A stretch of DNA of 64,000 nt, from assembly GCF_009914755.1 (NCBI RefSeq), contig NC_060928.1; one strand, 5' to 3'. The position numbers were made by a program, and so were the translations under genes. Origin of the DNA: the human T2T-CHM13v2.0 reference genome, Homo sapiens. Of this stretch, positions 51,801 through 64,000 are shown piece by piece. Position 1 is the stretch's first letter; each line of letters starts with the position of its first letter. The notes below the pieces were generated by a model. That model had not been told where the DNA came from. It did no database searches and saw only the letters and a list, made by a program, of their open reading frames with translations.

Positions 51801-54800
51801 TTGAACCTTCCTTTTGACACAGCAGTTTTGAAACAATCTTTTTGTAGAATCTGCAAGTGGATATTTGGATAGCTTTGAGGATTTCGTTGGAAACGGGATA
51901 TCTTCATATAAAATCTAGACAGAAGCATTCTCAGAAACTTCTTTGTGCTGTATGTCCTCAATTAACAGAGTTGAACCATTGCTTGGATACAGCATTTTGG
52001 AAACATTCCTTGAGTAGAATCTGCAAGTTGATATTTAGATAGATTTGAAGATTTCGTTGGAAAAGGGAATATCTCCATATAAAATCTAGAGGGAAGCATT
52101 CTCAGAAACTGCTTTGTGATGTTTCCATTCAAGTCACAGAGTTGAATATTCCCTTTTATAGAGCACGTTTGAAACACTCTTTCTGCACTATCTGGAAGTG
52201 GACATTTCGAGCGCTTTGAGGCCTATGGTGAAAAAGGAAATATCTTCCCATAAAAACTAGACAGAAGCATTCTCAGAAACTTGTTTGTGATGTGTGTATT
52301 CAACTAACAGAGTTGAACTTTTGTTTTTACAGAGCCGTTTTAAAACACTCTTTTTGTGGAATCAGAAAGTGGATATTCGGATGGCTCTGAGGATTTCGTT
52401 GGAAGCGGGATTACATATAAAATCTAGAGAGAAGCATTCTCAGGAACTTCTTTGTGATGTTTGCATTGAAGTCACAGAATTGAACATTCACTTTGATAGA
52501 GCAGGTTTGAAACACTCATTCTGTAGTATCTGGAAGTGGACATTTCAAGCGCTTTCAGGCCTATGGTGAGAAAGGAAATATCTTCGAATAAAAACTAGAC
52601 AGAAGCATCCTCAGAAACTTATTTGTGATGTGTGTCCTCAACTAACAGAGTTGAAACTTTGTTTTGATACAGCATTTTGGAAACACTCTTTTTGTAGAAT
52701 CTGCAGGTGGATATTTGGATAGCTTAGAGGGATTCGTTGGAAAGGGGATATCTTCATATAAAATCTAGACAGAAGCATTCTCAGAAACTTATTTGTGATG
52801 TGTGTCCTCAACTAACAGAGTTGAACCTTGGTTTTGATACAGCATTTTGGAAACGCTCCTTTTGTAGAATCTGCAGGTGGATATGTGGATAGCTCTGAAG
52901 ATTTCGTTGGAAACGGGAATTTCTTCATATAAAATCAAACAGAAGCATTCTCAGAAACTTCTCAGTGATGTTTGCATTCAGCTCATGGAGTTGAACACTT
53001 CCTTTCATAGAGCCGGTTTGAAACACTCTTTCTGCACTACCTGGAAGAGGACATTTCGAGCGCTTTGAGTCCTATGGTGAAAAAGGAAATATCTTCTCAT
53101 AAAAACCAGAAAGAAGCATTCTCAGAAACTTCTTTGTGTTGTGTGTACTCATGTAACAGTGTTGAACCATCCTTTTGACAGAGCAGTTTTGAAACACTCT
53201 TTTTGTAGAATCTGCAAGTGGATATTTGGATAGCTTTGAGGATTTCGTTGGAAACGGGATGACATATAATATCTAGAGAGAAGCATACTCAGGAACTTCT
53301 TTGTGATGTTTGCATTCAAGTCACAGAATTGAACATTCCCTTTCATAGAGCAGGTTTGAAACACTCTTTCTCTAGTATCTGGAAGTGGGCATTTCAAGCG
53401 CTTTCAGGCCTATGGAGAGAAAGGAAATACCTTCAAATAAAAACTAGACAGAAGCATTCTCAGAAACTTATTTGTGATGTGTGTCCTCAACTAACAGAGT
53501 TGAACCTTTGTTTTGATACAGCATTTTGGAAACACTCCTTTTGTAGAATCTGCAGGTGGATATTTGGATAACTTTGAAGATTTCGTTGGAAACCGGAATA
53601 TCTTCATATAAAATCAAGACAGAAGCATTCTCGGAAACATCTCTGTGATGTTTGCATTCAACTCAGTAGAGTTGAACACTTCCTTTCATAGAGCAGGTTT
53701 GAAACACTCTTTCTGCACTACCTGGAAGCGGACATTTCGAGCGCTTTGAGGCCTATGGTGAAAAAGGAAATATCTTCTCATAAAAACCAGAAAGAAGCAT
53801 TCTCAGAAACTTCTTTGTGTTGTGTGTACTCAAGTAACAGTGTTGAACCTTCCTTTTGACACAGCAGTTTTGAAACACTCTTTTGGTAGAATCTGCAAGT
53901 GGATATTTGGATAGCTTTGAGGATTTCGTTGGAAACGGGTTATCTTCATATAAAATCCAGACAGGAGCATTCTCAGAAACTTCTTTGTGCTGCATGTCCT
54001 CAATTCACAGAGCTGAACCTTTGTTTGGATACAGCATTTTGGAAACATTCCTTTAGTAGAATCTGCAAGTTGATATTTAGATAGCTTTGAAGATTTCGTT
54101 GGAAACGGGAATATCTTCATAGAAAATCTAGACGGAAGCATTCTCAGAAACTGCTTTGTGATGTTTGCATTCAAGTCACAGAGTTGAATATTCCCTTTTA
54201 TAGAGTAGGTTTGAAACACTCTTTCGGCACTACCTGGAAGTGGATATTTCGAGCTCTTTGAGGCCTATGGTTAAAAGGAAATATCTTCCCATAAAAACTA
54301 GACAGAAGCCGTCTCAGAAACTTGTTTGTGATGTGTGTATTCAACTACCAGAGTTGAACATTTCTGTTACAGAGCAATTTTAAAACACTCTTTTTGTGGA
54401 ATCTGAAAGTGGATAATTGGATAGCTTTGTGGATTTCGTTGGAAACGGGATGACGTATAAAATCTAGAGAGAAGCATTCTCAGGAACTTCTTTCTGATGT
54501 TTGCATTCAAGTCACAGAATTGAACATTCCTTTTCATAGTGCAGGTTTGAAACACTCTTTCTGTAGTATCTGGAAGTGGACATTTCAAGCGCTTTCAGGC
54601 CTACGGGGAGAAAGGAAATATCTTCAAATAAAAACTAGACAGAAGGATTCTCAGAAACTTATTTGTGATGTGTGTCCTAAACGAACACAGTTGAACCTTT
54701 GTTTTGATACAGCATTTTGGAAACACTCCTTTTGTAGGATCTGCAGGTGGATATTTGGATAGATTTTAAGATTTCGTTGGAAACGGGAGTTTCTTCATAG

Positions 54801-55499
54801 AAACTCAAGACAGATGCATTCTCAGAAACATCTCTGTGATGTTTGCATTCCACTCATAGAGTTGAAAACTTCCTTTCATAGAGCAGGTTTGAAACACTCT
54901 TTTTGTAATATTTGGAAGTGGACATTTGCAGCGCTTTGAGGCCTATGGTGAAAAAGGAAATATCTTCTCATAAAAACCAGAAACAAGCATTCTCAGAAAC
55001 TTCTTTTTGATTTGTGTACTCAAGTAACAGAGTTGAACCTTCCTTTTGACACAGCAGTTTTGAAACAATCTTTTTGTAGAATCTGCAAGTGGATATTTGG
55101 ATAGCTTTGAGGATTTCGTTGGAAACGGGATATCTTCATATAAAATCTAGACAGAAGCATTCTCAGAAACTTCTTTGTGCTGTATGTCCTCAATTAACAG
55201 AGTTGAACCATTGCTTGGATACAGCATTTTGGAAACATTCCTTTAGTAGAATCTGCAAGTTGATATTGAGATAGATTTGAAGATTTCGTTGGAAAAGGGA
55301 ATATCTCCATATAAAATCTAGACGGAAGCATTCTCAGAAACTGCTCTGTGATGTTTCCATTCAAGTCACAGAGTTGAATATTCCCTTTTATAGAGCACGT
55401 TTGAAACACTCTTTCTGCACTATCTGGAAGTGGACATTTCGAGCGCTTTGAGGCCTATGGTGAAAAAGGAAATATCTTCCCATAAAAATTAGACAGAAG
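45804..55499 (+). repeat. Run of three canonical 19-mer HORs (starts 45804, 49036, 52268)
   Basis: 3232-bp periodicity. Confidence 0.93.
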
Positions 55500-56516
55500 C
55501 ATTCTCAGAAACTTGTTTGTGATGTGTGTATTCAACTAACAGAGTTGAACTTTTGTTTTTACAGAGCCGTTTTAAAACACTCTTTTTGTGGAATCAGAAA
55601 GTGGATATTCGGATGGCTCTGAGGATTTCGTTGGAAGCGGGATTACATATAAAATCTAGAGAGAAGCATTCTCAGGAACTTCTTTGTGATGTTTGCATTG
55701 AAGTCACAGAATTGAACATTCACTTTGATAGAGCAGGTTTGAAACACTCATTCTGTAGTATCTGGAAGTGGACATTTCAAGCGCTTTCAGGCCTATGGTG
55801 AAAAAGGAAATATCTTCGAATAAAAACTAGACAGAAGCATCCTCAGAAACTTATTTGTGATGTGTGTCCTCAACTAACAGAGTTGAAACTTTGTTTTGAT
55901 ACAGCATTTTGGAAACACTCCTTTTGTAGAATCTGCAGGTGGATATGTGGATAGCTCTGAAGATTTCGTTGGAAACGGGAATTTCTTCATATAAAATCAA
56001 ACAGAAGCATTCTCAGAAACTTCTCAGTGATGTTTGCATTCAGCTCATGGAGTTGAACACTTCCTTTCATAGAGCCGGTTTGAAACACTCTTTCTGCACT
56101 ACCTGGAAGAGGCCATTTCGAGCGCTTTGAGTCCTATGGTGAAAAAGGAAATATCTTCTCATAAAAACCAGAAAGAAGCATTCTCAGAAACTTCTTTGTG
56201 TTGTGTGTACTCATGTAACAGTGTTGAACCATCCTTTTGACAGAGCAGTTTTGAAACACTCTTTTTGTAGAATCTGCAAGTGGATATTTGGATAGCTTTG
56301 AGGATTTCGTTGGAAACGGGATGACATATAATATCTAGAGAGAAGCATTCTCAGGAACTTCTTTGTGCTGTTTGCATTCAAGTCACAGAATTGAACATTC
56401 CCTTTCATAGAGCAGATTTGAAACACTCTTTCTCTAGTATCTGGAAGTGGGCATTTCAAGCGCTTTCAGGCCTATTGAGAGAAAGGAAATACCTTCAAAT
56501 AAAAACTAGACAGAAG
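55500..56516 (+). repeat. 6-mer HOR variant (1017 bp)
   Basis: Spacing 55526 to 56543. Confidence 0.92.
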
Positions 56517-59500
56517 CATTCTCAGAAACTTGTTTGTGATGTGTGTATTCAACTAACAGAGTTGAACTTTTGTTTTTACAGAGCCGTTTTAAAACACTCT
56601 TTTTGTGGAATCAGAAAGTGGATATTCGGATGGCTCTGAGGATTTCGTTGGAAGCGGGATTACATATAAAATCTAGAGAGAAGCATTCTCAGGAACTTCT
56701 TTGTGATGTTTGCATTGAAGTCACAGAATTGAACATTCACTTTGATAGAGCAGGTTTGAAACACTCATTCTGTAGTATCTGGAAGTGGACATTTCAAGCG
56801 CTTTCAGGCCTATGGTGAGAAAGGAAATATCTTCGAATAAAAACTAGACAGAAGCATCCTCAGAAACTTATTTGTGATGTGTGTCCTCAACTAACAGAGT
56901 TGAAACTTTGTTTTGATACAGCATTTTGGAAACACTCTTTTTGTAGAATCTGCAGGTGGATATTTGGATAGCTTAGAGGGATTCGTTGGAAAGGGGATAT
57001 CTTCATATAAAATCTAGACAGAAGCATTCTCAGAAACTTATTTGTGATGTGTGTCCTCAACTAACAGAGTTGAACCTTGGTTTTGATACAGCATTTTGGA
57101 AACACTCCTTTTGTAGAATCTGCAGGTGGATATGTGGATAGCTCTGAAGATTTCGTTGGAAACGGGAATTTCTTCATATAAAATCAAACAGAAGCATTCT
57201 CAGAAACTTCTCAGTGATGTTTGCATTCAGCTCATGGAGTTGAACACTTCCTTTCATAGAGCCGGTTTGAAACACTCTTTCTGCACTACCTGGAAGAGGA
57301 CATTTCGAGCGCTTTGAGTCCTATGGTGAAAAAGGAAATATCTTCTCATAAAAACCAGAAAGAAGCATTCTCAGAAACTTCTTTGTGTTGTGTGTACTCA
57401 TGTAACAGTGTTGAACCATCCTTTTGACAGAGCAGTTTTGAAACACTCTTTTTGTAGAATCTGCAAGTGGATATTTGGATAGCTTTGAGGATTTCGTTGG
57501 AAACGGGATGACATATAATATCTAGAGAGAAGCATACTCAGGAACTTCTTTGTGATGTTTGCATTCAAGTCACAGAATTGAACATTCCCTTTCATAGAGC
57601 AGGTTTGAAACACTCTTTCTCTAGTATCTGGAAGTGGGCATTTCAAGCGCTTTCAGGCCTATGGAGAGAAAGGAAATACCTTCAAATAAAAACTAGACAG
57701 AAGCATTCTCAGAAACTTATTTGTGATGTGTGTCCTCAACTAACAGAGTTGAACCTTTGTTTTGATACAGCATTTTGGAAACACTCCTTTTGTAGAATCT
57801 GCAGGTGGATATTTGGATAACTTTGAAGATTTCGTTGGAAACCGGAATATCTTCATATAAAATCAAGACAGAAGCATTCTCGGAAACATCTCTGTGATGT
57901 TTGCATTCAACTCAGTAGAGTTGAACACTTCCTTTCATAGAGCCGGTTTGAAACGCTCTTTCTGCACTACCTGGAAGAGGACATTTCGAGCGCTTTGAGG
58001 CCTATGGTGAAAAAGGAAATATCTTCTCATAAAAACCAGAAAGAAGCATTCTCAGAAACTTCTTTGTGTTGTGTGTACTCAAGTAACAGTGTTGAACCTT
58101 CCTTTTGACACAGCAGTTTTGAAACACTCTTTTGGTAGAATCTGCAAGTGGATATTTGGATAGCTTTGAGGATTTCGTTGGAAACGGGTTATCTTCATAT
58201 AAAATCCAGACAGGAGCATTCTCAGAAACTTCTTTGTGCTGCATGTCCTCAATTCACAGAGCTGAACCTTTGTTTGGATACAGCATTTTGGAAACATTCC
58301 TTTAGTAGAATCTGCAAGTTGATATTTAGATAGCTTTGAAGATTTCGTTGGAAACGGGAATATCTTCATAGAAAATCTAGACGGAAGCATTCTCAGAAAC
58401 TGCTTTGTGATGTTTGCATTCAAGTCACAGAGTTGAATATTCCCTTTTATAGAGTAGGTTTGAAACACTCTTTCGGCACTACCTGGAAGTGGATATTTCG
58501 AGCTCTTTGAGGCCTATGGTTAAAAGGAAATATCTTCCCATAAAAACTAGACAGAAGCCGTCTCAGAAACTTGTTTGTGATGTGTGTATTCAACTAACAG
58601 AGTTGAACATTTCTGTTACAGAGCAATTTTAAAACACTCTTTTTGTGGAATCTGAAAGTGGATAATTGGATAGCTTTGTGGATTTCGTTGGAAACGGGAT
58701 GACGTATAAAATCTAGAGAGAAGCATTCTCAGGAACTTCTTTGTGATGTTTGCATTCAAGTCACAGAATTGAACATTCCTTTTCATAGTGCAGGTTTGAA
58801 ACACTCTTTCTGTAGTATCTGGAAGTGGACATTTCAAGCGCTTTCAGGCCTACGGGGAGAAAGGAAATATCTTCAAATAAAAACTAGACAGAAGGATTCT
58901 CAGAAACTTATTTGTGATGTGTGTCCTAAACGAACACAGTTGAACCTTTGTTTAGATACAGCATTTTGGAAACACTCCTTTTGTAGGATCTGCAGGTGGA
59001 TATTTGGATAGATTTTAAGATTTCGTTGGAAACGGGAGTTTCTTCATAGAAACTCAAGACAGATGCATTCTCAGAAACATCTCTGTGATGTTTGCATTCC
59101 ACTCATAGAGTTGAAAACTTCCTTTCATAGAGCAGGTTTGAAACACTCTTTTTGTAATATTTGGAAGTGGACATTTGCAGCGCTTTGAGGCCTATGGTGA
59201 AAAAGGAAATATCTTCTCATAAAAACCAGAAACAAGCATTCTCAGAAACTTCTTTTTGATGTGTGTACTCAAGTAACAGAGTTGAACCTTCCTTTTGACA
59301 CAGCAGTTTTGAAACAATCTTTTTGTAGAATCTGCAAGTGGATATTTGGATAGCTTTGAGGATTTCGTTGGAAACGGGATATCTTCATATAAAATCTAGA
59401 CAGAAGCATTCTCAGAAACTTCTTTGTGCTGTATGTCCTCAATTAACAGAGTTGAACCATTGCTTGGATACAGCATTTTGGAAACATTCCTTGAGTAGAA

Positions 59501-59748
59501 TCTGCAAGTTGATATTGAGATAGATTTGAAGATTTCGTTGGAAAAGGGAATATCTCCATATAAAATCTAGACGGAAGCATTCTCAGAAACTGCTTTGTGA
59601 TGTTTCCATTCAAGTCACAGAGTTGAATATTCCCTTTTATAGAGCACGTTTGAAACACTCTTTCTGCACTATCTGGAAGTGGACATTTCGAGCGCTTTGA
59701 GGCCTATGGTGAAAAAGGAAATATCTTCCCATAAAAATTAGACAGAAG
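56517..59748 (+). repeat. Canonical 19-mer HOR
   Basis: Spacing 56543 to 59775. Confidence 0.92.
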
Positions 59749-60765
59749 CATTCTCAGAAACTTGTTTGTGATGTGTGTATTCAACTAACAGAGTTGAACT
59801 TTTGTTTTTACAGAGCCGTTTTAAAACACTCTTTTTGTGGAATCAGAAAGTGGATATTCGGATGGCTCTGAGGATTTCGTTGGAAGCGGGATTACATATA
59901 AAATCTAGAGAGAAGCATTCTCAGGAACTTCTTTGTGATGTTTGCATTGAAGTCACAGAATTGAACATTCACTTTGATAGAGCAGGTTTGAAACACTCAT
60001 TCTGTAGTATCTGGAAGTGGACATTTCAAGCGCTTTCAGGCCTATGGTGAAAAAGGAAATATCTTCGAATAAAAACTAGACAGAAGCATCCTCAGAAACT
60101 TATTTGTGATGTGTGTCCTCAACTAACAGAGTTGAAACTTTGTTTTGATACAGCATTTTGGAAACACTCCTTTTGTAGAATCTGCAGGTGGATATGTGGA
60201 TAGCTCTGAAGATTTCGTTGGAAACGGGAATTTCTTCATATAAAATCAAACAGAAGCATTCTCAGAAACTTCTCAGTGATGTTTGCATTCAGCTCATGGA
60301 GTTGAACACTTCCTTTCATAGAGCCGGTTTGAAACACTCTTTCTGCACTACCTGGAAGAGGCCATTTCGAGCGCTTTGAGTCCTATGGTGAAAAAGGAAA
60401 TATCTTCTCATAAAAACCAGAAAGAAGCATTCTCAGAAACTTCTTTGTGTTGTGTGTACTCATGTAACAGTGTTGAACCATCCTTTTGACAGAGCAGTTT
60501 TGAAACACTCTTTTTGTAGAATCTGCAAGTGGATATTTGGATAGCTTTGAGGATTTCGTTGGAAACGGGATGACATATAATATCTAGAGAGAAGCATTCT
60601 CAGGAACTTCTTTGTGCTGTTTGCATTCAAGTCACAGAATTGAACATTCCCTTTCATAGAGCAGATTTGAAACACTCTTTCTCTAGTATCTGGAAGTGGG
60701 CATTTCAAGCGCTTTCAGGCCTATTGAGAGAAAGGAAATACCTTCAAATAAAAACTAGACAGAAG
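59749..60765 (+). repeat. 6-mer HOR variant (1017 bp)
   Basis: Spacing 59775 to 60792. Confidence 0.92.
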
Positions 60766-63700
60766 CATTCTCAGAAACTTGTTTGTGATGTGTGTATTCA
60801 ACTAACAGAGTTGAACTTTTGTTTTTACAGAGCCGTTTTAAAACACTCTTTTTGTGGAATCAGAAAGTGGATATTCGGATGGCTCTGAGGATTTCGTTGG
60901 AAGCGGGATTACATATAAAATCTAGAGAGAAGCATTCTCAGGAACTTCTTTGTGATGTTTGCATTGAAGTCACAGAATTGAACATTCACTTTGATAGAGC
61001 AGGTTTGAAACACTCATTCTGTAGTATCTGGAAGTGGACAATTCAAGCGCTTTCAGGCCTATGGTGAGAAAGGAAATATCTTCGAATAAAAACTAGACAG
61101 AAGCATCCTCAGAAACTTATTTGTGATGTGTGTCCTCAACTAACAGAGTTGAAACTTTGTTTTGATACAGCATTTTGGAAACACTCTTTTTGTAGAATCT
61201 GCAGGTGGATATTTGGATAGCTTAGAGGGATTCGTTGGAAAGGGGATATCTTCATATAAAATCTAGACAGAAGCATTCTCAGAAACTTATTTGTGATGTG
61301 TGTCCTCAACTAACAGAGTTGAACCTTGGTTTTGATACAGCATTTTGGAAACACTCCTTTTGTAGAATCTGCAGGTGGATATGTGGATAGCTCTGAAGAT
61401 TTCGTTGGAAACGGGAATTTCTTCATATAAAATCAAACAGAAGCATTCTCAGAAACTTCTCAGTGATGTTTGCATTCAGCTCATGGAGTTGAACACTTCC
61501 TTTCATAGAGCCGGTTTGAAACACTCTTTCTGCACTACCTGGAAGAGGACATTTCGAGCGCTTTGAGTCCTATGGTGAAAAAGGAAATATCTTCTCATAA
61601 AAACCAGAAAGAAGCATTCTCAGAAACTTCTTTGTGTTGTGTGTACTCATGTAACAGTGTTGAACCATCCTTTTGACAGAGCAGTTTTGAAACACTCTTT
61701 TTGTAGAATCTGCAAGTGGATATTTGGATAGCTTTGAGGATTTCGTTGGAAACGGGATGACATATAATATCTAGAGAGAAGCATACTCAGGAACTTCTTT
61801 GTGATGTTTGCATTCAAGTCACAGAATTGAACATTCCCTTTCATAGAGCAGGTTTGAAACACTCTTTCTCTAGTATCTGGAAGTGGGCATTTCAAGCGCT
61901 TTCAGGCCTATGGAGAGAAAGGAAATACCTTCAAATAAAAACTAGACAGAAGCATTCTCAGAAACTTATTTGTGATGTGTGTCCTCAACTAACAGAGTTG
62001 AACCTTTGTTTTGATACAGCATTTTGGAAACACTCCTTTTGTAGAATCTGCAGGTGGATATTTGGATAACTTTGAAGATTTCGTTGGAAACCGGAATATC
62101 TTCATATAAAATCAAGACAGAAGCATTCTCGGAAAAATCTCTGTGATGTTTGCATTCAACTCAGTAGAGTTGAACACTTCCTTTCATAGAGCAGGTTTGA
62201 AACACTCTTTCTGCACTACCTGGAAGCGGACATTTCGAGCGCTTTGAGGCCTATGGTGAAAAAGGAAATATCTTCTCATAAAAACCAGAAAGAAGCATTC
62301 TCAGAAACTTCTTTGTGTTGTGTGTACTCAAGTAACAGTGTTGAACCTTCCTTTTGACACAGCAGTTTTGAAACACTCTTTTGGTAGAATCTGCAAGTGG
62401 ATATTTGGATAGCTTTGAGGATTTCGTTGGAAACGGGTTATCTTCATATAAAATCCAGACAGGAGCATTCTCAGAAACTTCTTTGTGCTGCATGTCCTCA
62501 ATTCACAGAGCTGAACCTTTGTTTGGATACAGCATTTTGGAAACATTCCTTTAGTAGAATCTGCAAGTTGATATTTAGATAGCTTTGAAGATTTCGTTGG
62601 AAACGGGAATATCTTCATAGAAAATCTAGACGGAAGCATTCTCAGAAACTGCTTTGTGATGTTTGCATTCAAGTCACAGAGTTGAATATTCCCTTTTATA
62701 GAGTAGGTTTGAAACACTCTTTTGGCACTACCTGGAAGTGGATATTTCGAGCTCTTTGAGGCCTATGGTTAAAAGGAAATATCTTCCCATAAAAACTAGA
62801 CAGAAGCCGTCTCAGAAACTTGTTTGTGATGTGTGTATTCAACTAACAGAGTTGAACATTTCTGTTACAGAGCAATTTTAAAACACTCTTTTTGTGGAAT
62901 CTGAAAGTGGATAATTGGATAGCTTTGTGGATTTCGTTGGAAACGGGATGACGTATAAAATCTAGAGAGAAGCATTCTCAGGAACTTCTTTGTGATGTTT
63001 GCATTCAAGTCACAGAATTGAACATTCCCTTTCATAGAGCAGGTTTGAAACACTCTTTCTCTAGTATCTGGAAGTGGGCATTTCAAGCGCTTTCAGGCCT
63101 ATGGAGAGAAAGGAAATACCTTCAAATAAAAACTAGACAGAAGCATTCTCAGAAACTTATTTGTGATGTGTGTCCTCAACTAACAGAGTTGAACCTTTGT
63201 TTTGATACAGCATTTTGGAAACACTCCTTTTGTAGGATCTGCAGGTGGATATTTGGATAGATTTTAAGATTTCGTTGGAAACGGGAGTTTCTTCATAGAA
63301 ACTCAAGACAGATGCATTCTCAGAAACATCTCTGTGATGTTTGCATTCCACTCATAGATTTGAAAACTTCCTTTCATAGAGCAGGTTTGAAACACTCTTT
63401 TTGTAATATTTGGAAGTGGACATTTGCAGCGCTTTGAGGCCTATGGTGAAAAAGGAAATATCTTCTCATAAAAACCAGAAACAAGCATTCTCAGAAACTT
63501 CTTTTTGATGTGTGTACTCAAGTAACAGAGTTGAACCTTCCTTTTGACACAGCAGTTTTGAAACAATCTTTTTGTAGAATCTGCAAGTGGATATTTGGAT
63601 AGCTTTGAGGATTTCATTGGAAACGGGATATCTTCATATAAAATCTAGACAGAAGCATTCTCAGAAACTTCTTTGTGCTGTATGTCCTCAATTAACAGAG

Positions 63701-63997
63701 TTGAACCATTGCTTGGATACAGCATTTTGGAAACATTCCTTGAGTAGAATCTGCAAGTTGATATTGAGATAGATTTGAAGATTTCGTTGGAAAAGGGAAT
63801 ATCTCCATATAAAATCTAGAGGGAAGCATTCTCAGAAACTGCTCTGTGATGTTTCCATTCAAGTCACAGAGTTGAATATTCCCTTTTATAGAGCACGTTT
63901 GAAACACTCTTTCTGCACTATCTGGAAGTGGACATTTCGAGCGCTTTGAGGCCTATGGTGAAAAAGGAAATATCTTCCCATAAAAACCAGACAGAAG
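60766..63997 (+). repeat. 19-mer HOR carrying the same m7/m8-derived tract in m14/m15 as unit 5165-8396
   Basis: ORFs at 63018 and 63157 mirror those at 7417 and 7556 (+55601). Confidence 0.9.
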
Positions 63998-64000
63998 CAT

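Larger units (their letters stand above)
1..64000 (+). repeat. D4Z1: Alpha-satellite higher-order repeat array, 19-mer / 3232-bp HOR with structural variants; probably human chr4 D4Z1 (S2C4H1L, suprachromosomal family 2)
   Basis: 166-172 bp monomers starting CATTCTCAGAAAC, with TTCGTTGGAAACGGG boxes or GGTGAAAAAGGAAAT pJalpha-type motifs. Identical ORF-track entries recur every 3232 bp (13859, 17091, 20323, 23555, 26787, 30019, 33251). Alpha-satellite identity is certain; the chr4 name rests on the 19-mer / 3.2-kb unit and MspI pattern as I recall them for D4Z1. Confidence 0.93.

Noticed and set aside
12-63907. About 200 short ORFs (61-129 aa) on both strands, e.g. MYSTNRVELL…, MKCPLPDT…, MFQTYSIKG…
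   Set aside because: They recur with HOR periodicity, mostly start at GTG/TTG, overlap on opposite strands, and show no recognisable domains. They are chance open frames in alpha satellite.
1-64000. CRISPR-like regularly spaced motif (TTTCGTTGGAAAC every 170/340 bp)
   Set aside because: The intervening sequences are homologous satellite monomers, not unique spacers, and there are no cas genes. The motif is the CENP-B box.
1-64000. LINE/Alu/LTR insertion, inversion or non-alphoid island
   Set aside because: Unit spacings are fully explained by whole monomers (3232, 1017, 1187, 4081 bp). There is no poly-A tail, target-site duplication or strand switch.
1-64000. Claim that this window is the kinetochore site or centromere dip region
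   Set aside because: That is defined epigenetically (CENP-A, CpG hypomethylation) and cannot be read from sequence.

Overview
The whole 64-kb window is uninterrupted primate (very likely human) centromeric alpha-satellite DNA. It holds about 376 head-to-tail ~170-bp monomers, all in one orientation, with no genes, transposon insertions or inversions that I could see. The basic higher-order repeat (HOR) is a 19-monomer unit of exactly 3232 bp. Its length, its mostly alternating CENP-B-box / pJalpha-type monomers and its MspI sites (580 + 2652 bp) fit the human chromosome 4 array D4Z1 (S2C4H1L); this assignment comes from recognition, not from a search. With my own monomer numbering m1-m19 (unit start at 916), the window reads: 6(partial),19,6,19,7,19,6,19x7,6,19,6,24,19x3,6,19,6,19. 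All ORFs in the track are periodic artefacts of the satellite. I found no new protein-coding or RNA system. The interesting content is the recombination history of the array: (i) a probable 55,601-bp macro-duplication, (ii) a recurrent 6-mer insert (25-mer HOR) that removes a defective CENP-B box, (iii) a multi-switch mosaic 24-mer, (iv) length-neutral out-of-register gene-conversion tracts, (v) an ancestral 7-mer substructure, and (vi) CENP-B-box-disrupting variants that have been copied between units.
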